DNA of 64,000 nt from Octopus vulgaris. Lineage: Eukaryota. Positions 49,977-63,799 of this stretch are shown piece by piece. The DNA lies in contig OX597823.1 in NCBI GenBank assembly GCA_951406725.2, positions 16,430,001-16,494,000 on the forward strand, in the 5' to 3' direction. A program made the translations under genes and the position numbers. The notes beneath the pieces were generated by a model. It saw only the letters and a list, made by a program, of their open reading frames with translations. It was not told the DNA's origin and did not search any database. Position 1 is the first letter of the stretch. Each line of letters begins with the position of its first letter.

Positions 49977-50831
49977 CATGGTCAGATCAATAAGTATTCG
50001 GACTGTTGCCATAGTAACGAAACTGAAGCATGCAGAGTAAAGCCGCTTGACACAGACTGACCTTGAACTCTGTTATGCATGTGCACTAAGTTTTAATGTT
50101 CTAGCTCTCTACCGCTGTTTACAGCAGTGCTTGAAAGGAAGGTGTGTAGCATGTGATCATCGCATTCACCATGACAGAGGAAGTTGAGCAGAGAATTTGC
50201 ATCAAATTGTGCCAAAAGCTTAGCAATACCTGCTCAGAGGCCTATGCAAAGTTCTCAAAAAGTTTTCATCATTCTCAACACAATCAAGGAGATCTTGTGT
50301 GACTGAAACCTGAGGGCCTTTTTGGTCAACTGAAAGCAGTTTTTGCACAAACTTGGAAGATATGCTTCTCATACCCAAATCTTCAATTATATTGGACTGA
50401 ACTGAACCATAACTAATCTGAACATCCTCTGATAACTCACAGATGCTTATTCAATGATTTCTCCTCACAGCTGCATGCACATCTGTAAGGTTTTTCTCAG
50501 TTCTACTGGTTGCGGGTCTCCCAGAACCTTTGTCAATACCGACATTTTTTCAGCCATCTTGGAAACGTCTGAACCACCCATACACTTGAGTGCAGCTCAT
50601 ATACTCCTCCCCATACAACTTTGTGTAGGCCTCTGAGCAGGTATCACCATGACAACTTTTTCTGTCATAGTCAATGCGATGATCACATGCTACACACCTT
50701 CCTTCCAAGCACTGCTGTAAACAGCAGAAGTGAGCTAGAACATTAAAACTTTGTGCACATGTACAGCAGAGTTCATGGTCAATGTTTGCCAAGTGGCTTC
50801 ACGCTGCATGCTTTAGTTTCATTACAATGGC
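49977..50831. mobile_element. Rearranged mariner: two 5' halves in inverted orientation
   Basis: TIR TA-CATGGTCAGATCAATAAGTATTCGGACT. Plus strand MTEEVEQRICIKLCQKL (ATG 50171). Minus strand CSEAYTKLYGEEYMSCTQVYGWFRRFQDG..SGRPATS. Confidence 0.85.
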
Positions 50832-51229
50832 TTATCTCATCCCCACAATTTCTAATAACATGTTCATAATGATATGTAATTTACATATATTATTTTCAAA
50901 ACTTTTTTCTTGATAAATTATTTGAGAAGACCTTGAAAAACACTGAAGCTATGCCATTTCTGTCACTATACAAATTCCTGCACCAAGTGTATCCATTCCT
51001 TAATCATGTGAGAGGAACTGAAACCAGTTCTGCTGACTAACAGAGTACAATTTTTTATTTTCCTTTTATTTTTCTCTTTTGTTTTTTGTTTTTTGCTCTA
51101 TATAAATTGATGTAAACAGGAACCAGTGCTTTTATGATTTGGAATAAAAGATTTTGGTTTACAATTCCAGAATTGTAGAGGTATATGGAATAATCAGTTA
51201 GAGATGACGTGGCATTTGAAATGATTTTC

Positions 51230-52400
51230 GAATTTGAATAGTTTAGAGTTATGGAAACACTTCCTCACAAACAGGCTGATGTCATCACCAGAACCTTCAT
51301 AACCAGCCCCACAAATCCACTTTCAAATCACAAAGTGCACCTCTATCAGCCTTGTATACTATATTACTTGCCAACAAGTTAAATTATTTCTGCAAATATA
51401 TCCTTGATACCTGGAACAATACCACCCCCGTCACTCTCCAAGATCAAAGCTCAACATTTCAACCATCCAGGCTCTTCCTTAATTAGCTCTTGATATGAGA
51501 AATCATCTTGTGGCTCTTCCTGTACCTCCAAATATGGAAAACCAGATAATAATAATAATAATAATAAATGTGTCCCAGTTTCTTTCCTCTCTTTAACCTA
51601 TTGGCAATTTAACAATTCCTATTTTGGTTGATATGGTGAGCACATGAAAGCATAAACAATATTGCTACAAAAGGCGGCGAGCTGGCAGAATCGTTAGCAC
51701 GCCGGGCAAAATGCTTATCAGTATTTCGTCTGCCGCTACGTTCTCAGTTCAAATTCCGCTGAGGTCGACTTTGCCTTTCATCCTTTCAGGGTCGATTAAA
51801 TAAGAACCAGTTACGTACTGGGATCGATATAATCGACTTAATCTGTTTGTCTGTCATTGTTTGTCCTCTCTGTGTTTAGCCCCTTGTGGTTAGTAAAGAA
51901 AGAAATATTGCTACATCCTAACTAACCATATTTCTCTCTCTTCAACGCTAGAAAAACCTCCCACTAAACCCCAACAATTGCAATGTGAAATGTTGATACA
52001 GAGATAAGCATATAAGTTAACAATACTGCCAGACAGTAACTATTTTTTTTTTCCTCCTTTGATCTTTGACTACATTCCTTCCCACTGCACCCCAATCTTT
52101 TTTTCCATTTATGTTCATCATCTCCATTCCACTCCTTGACTAATCCTTAACTTCATTGCTTATGGCTGTCACTTCAATTTTCTCTTCTACCTACTAAAAG
52201 TAACTTTTCCTGACATGTGACAATACCAAGCTTCATACAGAGGCAGAAACCAGATCTTACTCTCCATCACTTCAGTACCAAAACAAACTATATATGTAAT
52301 TTAGTATAACCAATAATTTCTTACACCTGATGAAGTACTCTCTTCCTGAAACATATCAGTTTTCTCTTCCATGCAGCAAATTAATCAATTCTGTTTTGCA
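51230..52400 (+). mobile_element. Decayed Penelope-like element with a nested family B SINE (51671-51905, TSD AATATTGCTACA) and a degenerate hammerhead core
   Basis: YHP-like and EH motifs, a pyrimidine-rich 3' region, and CTGATGA..GAAAC at 52327-52352. Confidence 0.45.
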
Positions 52401-52565
52401 AATGCATTTCATATTTGCTATTTGTTGACGCAGCCAATGATAGGTTTTTCTACTGTTTCAACTTTGCAACTCAGTTTGATTAGTTCTAAATAGATATATA
52501 ATGGAAGGCAAGGTTTACGATATCAGGAGAATATCACCTTCTTCCATTATCTCTTTTGTTTTTCG

Positions 52566-53530
52566 TGTAGTTCAGGCTCCGGCAGGCGAAGAGAGAAGAC
52601 TTCAAGTACAAATGCAACTTAAACTGGTTTATTTACAGGTTTCACAGGATAGGTGAAGTGTGCTGCTCTCAGCCACTATCTTTAGCTGTGTGCGTTGTGT
52701 TGTAGCTCCGTTAGTGCGGGGCACATTGCCTCTGGAGGTACAACATGCAGACAGGCCCAGCCAATGGAGTGCGCTCAACCAGTGCTGCTGCTGCTGAGAG
52801 GCAGATGAGAGGCGGCAAAAAAGAGGCAGCAAGAGAGAGAAAGAATCTCAATTTGTTTTACCCTTATATACAGGAGTGGCTGTGTGGTAAGTAGTTTGCT
52901 AACCAGCCACATAGTTCCGGGTTCAGTCCCACTGCCTGGCATCTTGGGCAAGTGTCTTCTGCTATAGGCCTGGGCCGACCAATGCCTTGTGAGTGGATTT
53001 GGTAGACGGAAACTGAAAGAAGCCTGTCGTATATATGTATACATATGTGTGTGTGTGTTTGTGTGTCTGTGTTTGTCCCCCTAGCATTGCTTGACAACCG
53101 ATGCTGATGTGTTTACGTCCCCGTCACTTAGCGGTTCGGCAAAAGAGACCGATAGAATAAGTACTGGGCTTACAAAAGAATAAGTCCCGGGGTCGATTTG
53201 CTCGACTAAAGGCAGTGCTCCAGCATGGCCACAGTCAAATGACTGAAACAAGTAAAAGAGTAAAGAGTAAGAGTTTGTCCTTGCAAGCCTCGTTGGGATC
53301 TCGCACATGACAAATGGATGCAGGTGAGGTCTCGCTCCAGTCTCAGAGATGGCAAAGGCTGCCGCAAGATCTCATCCAATATGGTGCTGACTGCTTATGC
53401 TGCTACAGGTCCATCCCATGGCTGTAGAACTGACCACTGTAAACAGCAGCATAGTTTGTTTTGCTTCATCTTGTAGCAGTGAATTCAGTGTCTCCTTGTT
53501 GCTCTGCCCCCATGAAGAGTTGGATCAACT
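52566..53530 (-). mobile_element. Gypsy LTR retrotransposon remnant (LTR 52566-52745 plus integrase fragments), interrupted by SINE A at 52870-53272
   Basis: Minus strand TGTTGTA...AATAAA...ACTACA LTR. WLSALHWLGLSA resembles integrase W...LP.VLLG. Confidence 0.6.
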
Positions 53531-53538
53531 ACATTTAA

Positions 53539-53759
53539 CCCTTTCGTTACTGTATTTATTTTGAGATGCTCTGTGTTTCTTCCAATTATTTTAAATATAA
53601 GAAAGAATTTAGTAAAATAACATCGTTATCATTAAGCTAGTGTTAGGAACATAAATTGTGACTAAAATTTGGTGGAAATTTTGAATTCAAAACTTATGAA
53701 AACAAGACATTTATACTAAAGAGCCAGAGCCAGTTTCAGCCGGGTTGGTAACAAAAGGG
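53539..53759. mobile_element. piggyBac-like MITE
   Basis: TTAA|CCCTTTCGTTAC...GTAACAAAAGGG|TTAA. Confidence 0.85.
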
Positions 53760-54237
53760 TTAAGCAAATAATACCAAAATAGTAGACAAGACCCTGTTCC
53801 AAAAAGGATTTTATGTAGAAATAAACAAACATGACTCAGAGGTAGAAAAGTGATTTTATTCATAACAGATGATAATTCAATATGATTTGTCTTTTTCTTT
53901 TATAAAAAGTGAGCATTAACATATAAATACTTTTGAAACTGTTCAAATATATTTTTTAAAAAGTTAACATTTATTTGTAACTGTTCAAGTTACTCTTTCA
54001 AAACAAATATTTACAATGCAAATTTATATCAATAAATAATGCAAATAGATATAATTTGTTTTAAAACATTTTCATCAATTTAATGGCAGAAAAGTGAAAA
54101 TTGAAAACGTTGAAAATTGTATCAAATATAGAAATATAAATCTATAAGGCTCTGTTCTTAAAATCATAAAGTAAATATCTGTTTTCTGTGAAATGCTAAG
54201 AAGGCCATTGCAGAAAAGGTCTGGTTTTGTATATAAA

Positions 54238-54611
54238 CTAGCTGACCACATGCCATCAGTAATGACGGCTAATTGTAGTATTTTATAGTAAGTTACAAAA
54301 TAAGGTACATAATAATCACACATACAAGCATCCACATACTTCCCTTGTATATGCACACACATACATATACTCACACAGAGTTGAAACACTGATTTTTTTT
54401 CGCCCCTTACTTCCTTATTCATCTATCACCCCTTCCTTTCTCTCATTGCTATTACTTTCTCTCACTCCCTCTCAGTCAGGGACATTACTCTCACTACTTC
54501 TCCTTCACTGAACTACTATTTTCTCTCCTCCTCCGTGTCCAGCGTGATTCTGGTCCAATATATATATATACAAATATATAAAAACACTACGTTCATTATT
54601 ATATTAGGAGA
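54238..54611 (-). mobile_element. Non-autonomous Helitron
   Basis: Minus strand A|TC start, subterminal hairpin GCCGTCA/TGATGGC and CTAG|T end. Confidence 0.6.
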
Positions 54612-55402
54612 TATAATATTTGGCATGGTTAATTTTCTAAAGATAAGAAGAAAAAAAGATACAAACAGTTGCTGATAAAGCAAACAACTTCTTTCTTTTT
54701 TCTTCAGTTCTCTGTTAATGGGAAACGGTTTGAAATGCTAGATTCTCAACTCCTCACAGCAATTAAGTTTATTGAATGACATTTAATAAACTCTCTTTTG
54801 ATTTCTTACCAACACACCCTCACCAGTTTCCTCAGATTCTGGATTTTTAAATAAATAAAATTTAATTTAAATAAATAAGAGCTGGAAAATGTTATAATAG
54901 CCTAAATTCTATCACAGCATCATGTCTGGCTGAGCTATTTAACTCATTCTGACCTGGCACACCTGATGGCCCCCACAACAATTTCTTCTTCCTTTTTTTT
55001 TTTCCTGATGCACCTGAGAACTGCATACAATAACTTCATTATTATTATGACCAGATTCTTCTTCCCAATACTTTGTATTTTGTCCCCTTTGTGTTCAGCC
55101 CTGCGTGGCCAATAAAGAAATCTATTAAGACCAGATGACAGTAAACCCATATAAGGGTTGGATGAACCTCAGCGCTTTAACCAGTGATGTAATATTAAAA
55201 CTAGCTTTTTATTTTTACATGTTTCAGTCATTTGGTTGTGACCATGCTGGAGCACTACTTTAAAGGGCATTAGTCAAAGAAATCAAGCCCAGGACTTATT
55301 CTTTGTAAGCCTAGTACTCCCTCTATCGGTCTCTAATGCCAAACTGCTAGGTTATGGGGACATAAACACACCAACATCAGTTGTCAAGCGATGGTGGTAG
55401 GG

Positions 55403-55442
<40 letters not shown>

Positions 55443-55474
55443 TCTTTTACTTGTTTCAGTCATTAATGTGTGCA

Positions 55475-55511
<37 letters not shown>

Positions 55512-55524
55512 TGTGTTGTTTAAT

Positions 55525-55690
55525 CCTTTAGCATTCAAACCAGCCATATCCAGCCCATAATCTTTTACCTGTTTTATGTTCAGACTGGCCAGATCTGGCC
55601 TCTCGCACCTACCCTACAATGTCATTTTAAATATAAACAATATGAATAAATAAGCATTACATTTAACAGAGAAATCTGAATGCTGAAGGG
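55525..55690. mobile_element. piggyBac-like MITE (second family)
   Basis: TTAA-TCCTTTAGCATTCA...TGAATGCTGAAGGG. Confidence 0.65.
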
Positions 55691-55724
55691 TGAATGTACA
55701 CAGTATATAGTTATGAGCTGCTAA

Positions 55725-56161
55725 TCTATATATATAAAGCTGAAGTTGTCTGTGTGTGTGTGTGTGTGGCAGATTTGGTTGCCTTCAACTAACACTATCT
55801 CCTCCGAAACCCTGCAGCACAAGTTAACCAAAATTGAGAATATGATAGAAGGATTGCTCTTCATTCCGTAGAAGAAAAAATTCAAATCGGGCCATGTTAA
55901 CACCAAAAATTATTTACATCAAAAAGGTGCCTTTTTTCTATGAAAATCCCTATTTTTTACGATTTTTTGACTGCTGTGTCACCATTGTTCGGTGTATTTC
56001 AACCACAAAAATGTTCACCTAAAGAGAATAACAAGTTACATAATGCAAAATTTTTACTTTTCAAAAATTCCAATTCTAAACTTTGCTAACGCGACATCAA
56101 AGTTTGCCATTTTAAGTGCAACTAAAAAACAAACCCGAGCAACGCCTGGCTATACTGCTAA
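55725..56161 (+). mobile_element. Non-autonomous Helitron
   Basis: A|TCTATATATATAAAG start, (TG)n, CCCGAGCAACGCCTGG-type subterminal hairpin and CTAA|T end. Confidence 0.7.
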
Positions 56162-56836
56162 TAGTTTCATACATTGAAGATGTTATTTAGGTAGGTTTTA
56201 AAACATGCCAAGTGTGTCTCATCTTGTTTTGCAAATTGTAAATGGGGCATTAATTGATTTGCCATCACCTGTTAATTCGTTTGTTTGATGGAATTTTGGT
56301 TCTTTGTTAGGATTGTGTTACAGACAGATTCTCTTTAATATCTGAGGTGGGGAGGAGAAAGGTTTATATTTCATTTGTATAGTACTTCATAAACCCAAGA
56401 CAACACTTTCCCTATGACTCCTCAAGATTTGGAAGGATTAGCTACATACTGATCAAAGAGATCCATAAGAGAGTTTATAAAAGAGTTTGATAAGTTTAGT
56501 TGTTTTGAGTGCTGAAAATCTGTGAAGTTTCACACAGTTGCCCTTCATCTAAGAAAGAAAAAGAGATACAGAGAAAGTTGTGTTGCTTTGCTTGAACAGC
56601 AGTTTTCTTCAAATTCTGGATATTAATTTATAAATGATTGCAATGCCAAGGTTCATTGTGCCCTTGATAAAAGCAATCAACATTCAATAGAATAGTCCAT
56701 CAAATTGTGAATAAATATTATGATGAGGTATGGTGTACCACAGAAAGGTCTGTGATGAATGAAAGATTTTGATTGAAGTAGGTTGAATGAACTATCCTAT
56801 ACATCCACATCAATATCTCAGACACTTCCAGCATTT

Positions 56837-57068
56837 ATTTCTTTATTGCTCTCAGGGAGCTAAACATAGAGGGAACAAAAAAGGACAGGCAAAGGGATTA
56901 AGTCGATTAAATCAACCCCAGTGATTAACTGGTACTTATTTAATCGACCCCGAAAGAATGGAAAGCAAAGTCGACCTTGGCCGAATTTGAACTCAGAATG
57001 TAATGGCAGACGAAATACTGCTAGGGATTTCGCCCAACATGCTAATGTTTCTGCCAGCTCGCCGCCTT
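56837..57068 (-). mobile_element. SINE family B
   Basis: Full copy. TSD TTCCAGCATT. Confidence 0.85.
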
Positions 57069-58217
57069 CCAGCATTATCCCTCACTACCACATACTTTAC
57101 CTTCACTCTCCTCAACCCTCATACCCTGTCACCATTCTCTATCAATACCTCAGACCTTAGCAGAAGTTATGCTCACAATGTACAGGGAATATAATGCAAT
57201 ACTACAAGGTATTTTTCAAGTATTCTAAGAAATCTGTTATCAACAATCTTCCAAAAAATAGTTTCAAATTCTAGCAAAGGATCACAAAGTTTGAGGAAGG
57301 TATATAATCAATTGCACCGATTCCAGTATACAACCAGAGTTTATTTTATCAACACCAAAATCTAAAGGTCTATTCTAGCAGTATTTGAACATGATTTTTT
57401 TTTCTGCTAGAAGAGAATGAATCAGTAATGAGTATTAAATATAACAAGATTAAAACTTGGCTTTATAATAACAATAGATCTCACCCCATACTCCTTTTAG
57501 ATTACACACAGAAAGGGGCATAACTACTATAAATATGCTTGTATTGTTATCATCATCATCATTTAATGTTTGTTGTTCATGCTGACATGGGTTGGACGGT
57601 TTGACCAGAGCTGGTAAGCTGAAGGGCTGCATCAGACTCCAGTCTGATTTGGCATGGTTTCTACAGCTGGATGCCCTTCCTAACACCAATCACTCCGAAA
57701 GTTTAATGAGTGCTTTTGTGTGCCACAGGCACGGGTGTCAGTTACATGACACTAGTATCAGTGACAGCTATGACTTCACTTGGCTTGATGGGTCTTCTTC
57801 TCAAGCACATCATATTGCCAAAGGTCTCAATTATTTGTCATTGCCTCCGAGAGACCCAACACTAGAAACGTGCCCATTACATGCCACTGGTATAACTAAA
57901 ACATTTGAAAAAGAAATATGATTCTGACCAGTGTGTAGCCCCTTGTGGGCAGTAAAGAAATAAGCTCTAAGTAACAATGGAATGAATCATAATCTTTGAC
58001 TAAATATATAACTTCTAGCACATGTATTTAGTACATTTTTTCTTATTTGTACTTTTAAATGTAAGTGTGAGTATGTATGTATAAATATACACACACACAC
58101 ACATACACCCATACAGTGAAACTTACTGAATTGCTATGCAGTTTAGAGCTGATTCACTATTGTACTCTTTTTTCCTGGGGAAGATATTTTCAGTAGGACC
58201 AGCATTACATTACTATA

Positions 58218-58602
58218 ATGTTGGCACTCCGTCGGTTACGACAACGAGGGTTCCAGTTGATCCAATCAACCAAACAGCCAGCTCGTGAAATTAACGTGCA
58301 AGTGGCTGAGCACTCCACAGACACGTGTACTCTTAACGTAGTTCTTGGGGAGATTCAGCATGACACAGTGTGTGACAAGGCTGGCCCTTTGAAATACAGG
58401 TACAACAGAAACAGGAAGAAAGAGTTAGAGAAAGTTGTGGTGAAAGAGTACAGCAGGGTTCACAACCACCCTCTACCGGAGCCTCGTGGAGCTTTAGGTG
58501 TTTTTGCTCAATAAGCACTCACAACGCCCAGTCTAGGAATCGAAACCTCAATCCTACAACCGCGAGTCTGCTGCCCTAACCACTGGGCCATTGCACCTCC
58601 AC
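58218..58602 (-). mobile_element. SINE family C, tail variant 1
   Basis: Reverse complement of 10695-11079. TSD CATTACTATAAT. Confidence 0.85.
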
Positions 58603-58619
58603 ACATTACTATAATAATT

Positions 58620-60004
58620 ATATGCTAAAATGTAAGAAAGTATGATTCATGCTCATGTATACTCTCACATGCTCACAAATTGTTCATGTAATTTTTTACT
58701 TACCACGATGGAAAGTTGCCTGCTTCTCCAAAGTGCTGAGAGTTCCTGTAACATGCCAAGGAAAATTCAGAAGCATTCATTGCTAGCAGAGATCAGTTTG
58801 AAAAATTCAGACAATGGCATGACCATCACAGTATCTGTTTGTCTGCTGAAGTTGCAAGTGCAGCCACCCAGGTGGCCAAGGTATTTCCCCAAGTTCTCAA
58901 GCATATTATCAATCATGGTGGTAATTACACTTCTTAACTTGTATTCAAAGTAGATGAAACAGTTTTTTCCTCAAAAGTAATGATCTCCTGCTGTTTCATT
59001 TCCTTGGAAGAAAGAAAAACACTTCTACGTTCAAGGCCAAAAAAACACCATGTAACTCTACTACTTGACTGCAATGCTTCAGGATATACCAAGCTGAAAC
59101 CAATACTTCATTATCATTCAGAAATACCACAACCATTCATTTTCAATTTACACTATCATTTTATATTCGCTTGCCATGCTAATATGGATTGGACACTTTG
59201 ACAAGATGAAACTGGTCCGGAGGCCATATTTTGCTCCAGTGTCATAGTTTTGGCATGATTTCTAGGGCTGGATATCTTTTCTAATGCTAGCCACTTTACA
59301 GAGTGTACTGGGTGCTTCTTTTGTAGCACCAGCATTAATAGGGTTACCCTGTAACTTGCAAGACCAAAGAATCCACTTGACTGAGAGTGAGAAGGAAATA
59401 TAAAAAATTTATTTACCTTTGTTTCATAATTTTGTCAAGTAACAAAAAGATATTACAAAGAACAAAACCTTGCATTTAAGGCATTGTTGGTGACTGATTA
59501 TGCTCCAGACCACTCCTGGAATTTTGACATCCTCAAAATCTACAACTTTGTTGAAACAGTTACCCACTATTGAACACTAATTCTTTATCTGAAACCATGA
59601 AGCAGGATGTACTTTCTTATATCAAGACCGACTACTTTCATTATATTTTCAGACAATTTGTTGTAGAAACAGATGGGCAAGATAATCTATCTGAGATTAT
59701 TATATCCTGAAATCTATAGATAACATCAAAGCAAACTGGAATAAAGTAACTGGGAACTACACAAATAGAGTTTAGAAGAAGTTATGACTGGAAGCATGAA
59801 ATGACTTACTCTTTTACTTGTTTCAGTCATTTGACTGTGGCCATGCTGGAGCACCGTCTTTAGTCGAGCAAATCGACACCAGGACTTATTCTTTGTAAGC
59901 CTAGTACTTATTCTATTGGTCTCTTTTGCCAAACTGCTAAGTAACGGAGACGTAAACATACCAGCATCAGTTGTCAAGCGATGTTGGGGGGAGGACAAAC
60001 ACAG

Positions 60005-60051
<47 letters not shown>

Positions 60052-60620
60052 CATTTATACGACAGGCTTCTTTTAGTTTCCCTCTACCAAATCCACTCAC
60101 AAGGCTTGCCCAAGATGCCACGCAGTGGGACTGAAACCGGAACCATGTGGTTTGTAAGCAAGCTACTTACCACAGCTAAAATTTACCAAGAAATAATACC
60201 TGCAGTCATCAATGATATCTTTGAGCTGGTCAATGAATGAAGAATAAAAAATGCCAATATGGAAGATCTGGAAGAGTTAACAGATTATCATGGCAAGAAT
60301 TTATCTACTGAAGAATTGCAAGAGTTGATACAGAAATACATTCAAGATATCTACTGTTGAGCCAGTAACACCAGGAAGAATTGTTAGTAACGAATTCTTC
60401 AGTAACAGCATCGACAAAATAATAGGAATCCTGGACCAGTTTACTGTGTAAGATTCTGACTAGGAGTATGGGAGAACGGCACAGAAATGTATTCTGGACA
60501 TGCTACCATGCTACTGTGATTTATTTTGGGAAAAAGACTCAAGAACACAGATGGAACTAGATGCACTCTTTAAAAAAAGAAAAACATATTGTGCAAGGAA
60601 CAGCCATACTCTGGACACTC
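58620..60620 (+). mobile_element. Decayed Tigger/pogo transposase (DDE_1), interrupted by SINE D (about 59155-59360) and SINE A (59806-60175)
   Basis: IINHGGNY..VFKVDET, ISLEERK, VTLLLDCNASGYTKLKPILHYHSE, DYAPDH, LSTEELQEL. Confidence 0.85.
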
Positions 60621-61399
60621 AATCCACATATAACCACTTCTGTCTATGATTCTTTTCAGTAGGTCTCTCTAGGTGTGCAATTAAAGTTGGCTGATTTCAC
60701 CTACTTCATAATTTCAAATTCATTAAATCTTAATTAAACTAGTTTTCTAATTTCAGCATAACTTTAGATCACAATATGCAACATAGATTCTTCACCGATT
60801 TATGATATTAAGAAACAAAAACACAACATAATGCAATTTATGGCTATTTAAAAAAAAAAAAAAACCTTCAAAGCTAGACGAAATATTATTGAAGAGGCTT
60901 AATGTAAAGCAATCTATGAGCATATGATAAATTCAGGGTTAACTTTCACTGAAAAGGCTAAGCAAGTTACACAAAGATATAAATATCACAGAGATTTGTA
61001 TGTTTATATTTGGTGAGGGTTTATAAACTTCAAAATACGGAACAGCTGTCATGAGCTTAACTGGTCTCAAAAAAAATCAAATCTGTAGATAATGAGGCCA
61101 TTGCAAAATACAGTTGCAAATTTGATGATTTAGTGAAGTAAAAAATGATTTTGTTAGGTTTTTCTTCATTACTGAGTTCCAGTATGTCGACATATTTGTT
61201 AATCTGTACCCACAATGTTCCATGGCTGCCAAATTAGCAGAACTGTACTATATATATGTGTATTATATTTAGTAGAGTTAAATTTTTAAGCAATAGTGAG
61301 ATCTCACAATTTTGTTACTGATAACATTCTTCATTTCATGTTTCACTCCTCAAAGTGAATTAATTAAAGTCTTACCTTTAATTAAAATGAAAATATGTA

Positions 61400-61530
61400 A
61401 ACATACACACACATACACACACACACATCTATACACATATATATATACACACATGCACACACACATATATACTTCTATTACTTACAAATATATGTACATA
61501 TGCATGCATGTATGTGTATATCATATATAC

Positions 61531-61561
<31 letters not shown>

Positions 61562-61753
61562 TGTATGTATGTATGTATGTATGTATGTATGTATGTATGT
61601 ATGTATGTATGTATATATGTATGTATGTATGTATGTATGTGTGTGTGTGTGTGTATGCATGTAGTCTCAATAAAAAAAAACATATCTTCCAAAGCATGTA
61701 TAGAGCACTTCTCTCTCATTCATCCAACATAAACCAACATATACATTTACATT

Positions 61754-61814
<61 letters not shown>

Positions 61815-61835
61815 TACACACACACACACACATAT
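61400..61835. repeat. (CA)/(TATG)/(TA) microsatellite cluster
   Basis: Directly visible. Confidence 0.95.
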
Positions 61836-62073
61836 GTTGTTCACAAATGAGATCTAGAGATTCTCAGTATAGAAAACAATAAGTAGTACTCAAAAGATTC
61901 AAACATAGACCCCAATGTCTTTACAGGGGATTGATTCCACATGGTAAAGAATGCCTGTAAGAGGGATCAAGTTGATCTATAGAGGTAATTATGTAGATAA
62001 ACCTATTAGATACATCAAATATAATAAATATATTAAATCTTAGAGCGAGTTATAAACAGTAGCTGCAACACAT

Positions 62074-62668
62074 CGTGACGTATATTTGCCATTTAAATAT
62101 GGCTAACCCCTAATGGTGGATGCTACTGTAGTTTGTAGCCCCAGGAGGACACCTCCTCCAGCTGGCCATAGACACACTTTCTGTGCCCTATCAGTATTTG
62201 CAAAGAGAAGCCATCCTTCCCGTCTTCAACTTATGATACACATGGACTCGAGTTTCTGGATATTGACCCGTCATCGGCGTGTGACAATCACAGTTGTCGA
62301 TGAAAAGTAGGTTTCCTTTGCAAATACTTAACCCTTTTCCAGTATTGTACAGACACTGATATCGAAAAAGTGTAGACGAGCAATAATAAATCTTAGAGCG
62401 AGTTATAAACAGTAGCTGCAACACATCGAACCTACTTTTCATCGACAACTGTGATTGTCACACGCCGATGACGGGTCAATATCCAGAAACTCGAGTCCGT
62501 GTGTATCATAAGTTGAAGACGGGAAGGATGGCTTCCCTTTGCAAATACTGATAGGGCAAAGAAAGTGTGTCTATAGCCAGCTGGAGGAGGTGTCCTCCTG
62601 GGGCTACAAACTACAGCAGCATCCACCCTTAGGGGTTAGCCATATTTAAATGGCAAATATACATCATG
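62074..62668. repeat. About 240-bp inverted repeat with a spacer of about 116 bp
   Basis: 62074-62312 versus the reverse complement of 62429-62668, about 8 mismatches. Confidence 0.95.
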
Positions 62669-62898
62669 GGCTTCTTTCAGTTTCTGCCTACTAACTCCAC
62701 TCACATAGCTTTGGTCAGCCCAAGGCTAGAGTAGAAAACACTTTCCCAAGGTGCCACACAGTGGGACTGAACCTGGAACCATCTGGTTGGGCAGCAAGTT
62801 CCTTATCACACAGTCACTCTTGCACCTATAAATTTAATATATTTAATGTATTTAAGGAATCTAATGTGTTTATCCACATAATTACTTCTCTCTCTCTC

Positions 62899-62938
<40 letters not shown>

Positions 62939-63384
62939 CATATACACACACACACACATACACACACGCACATACATGTATATATGTGTGTGAGGCAAAG
63001 TTGGCTTCGGTGGAATTTGAACTCCTAACATAAAGACGGATGAAGCATTTTACCTGGCATGCTCACAATCCTGCCAGCTTGCTGCCTCGTTATGTTCTAT
63101 TATTATTAAAATAAGGATGTACACCCAGTTGTAATTAACAAAAAGAAAAAAAAAGTTGTGAACTATGTTGATATGTTGTAAAGAGAAGAATTACCTGAAA
63201 TTTTAGGCTGAGCCCTTTACTAACGATATCAGTAATAAAGTTACACTGACAGTCTCACAAACTTGCCTTTAATATATTCACTCTAAACTAGTGTTAGAAT
63301 TATTACTAGTCTCCCTGAAATTTTGTGGTTATATTAGTGGTGACAGAGGAGGTTAAAGAGTCTGTTGTTTCAATGCTTTTAGAG

Positions 63385-63603
63385 CAGTGGTTTTCAACCA
63401 GGGTTCCACGGAACCTTAGGGTTCCGCCAGTACAGTCGAGGGGTTCCGCAAGAAGTTACAAAACTGCTAAAATCGACGGTAATTTTTAATTCTCCTGTGC
63501 AGATATGTGTGCATAAGACTATTAAATTATTGCACAGGGGTTCCTCGAGCCAGTGGAATGTTTCCTTGGGGTTCCACTCCAGCAAAAAGTTTGAAAAGCA
63601 CTG
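63385..63603. mobile_element. hAT (Charlie/Buster-like) MITE
   Basis: TIR CAGTGGTTTTCAA/TTGAAAAGCACTG, 8-bp TSD TTTTAGAG and GGGTTCC subterminal repeats. Confidence 0.9.
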
Positions 63604-63799
63604 TTTTAGAGAGATCAGGAGAAGAAAGCAAGTGAACAAGAAACAAACAGAAAATATATTTGTGCTTACATCAGATGGTAATGTTCAGTTGTGATACAAG
63701 GCAGTCTTTGGTGGAATTAGACTAGGCAAGTTAAGGATAGTAAAAATTAAAGAACCTGCAAAAAAAAAAAATTAATGATAATAATAATAATAATAATAA

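Noticed and set aside
52571-52650. Plus-strand coding exon after a strong acceptor
   Set aside because: It coincides with the end of a minus-strand LTR.
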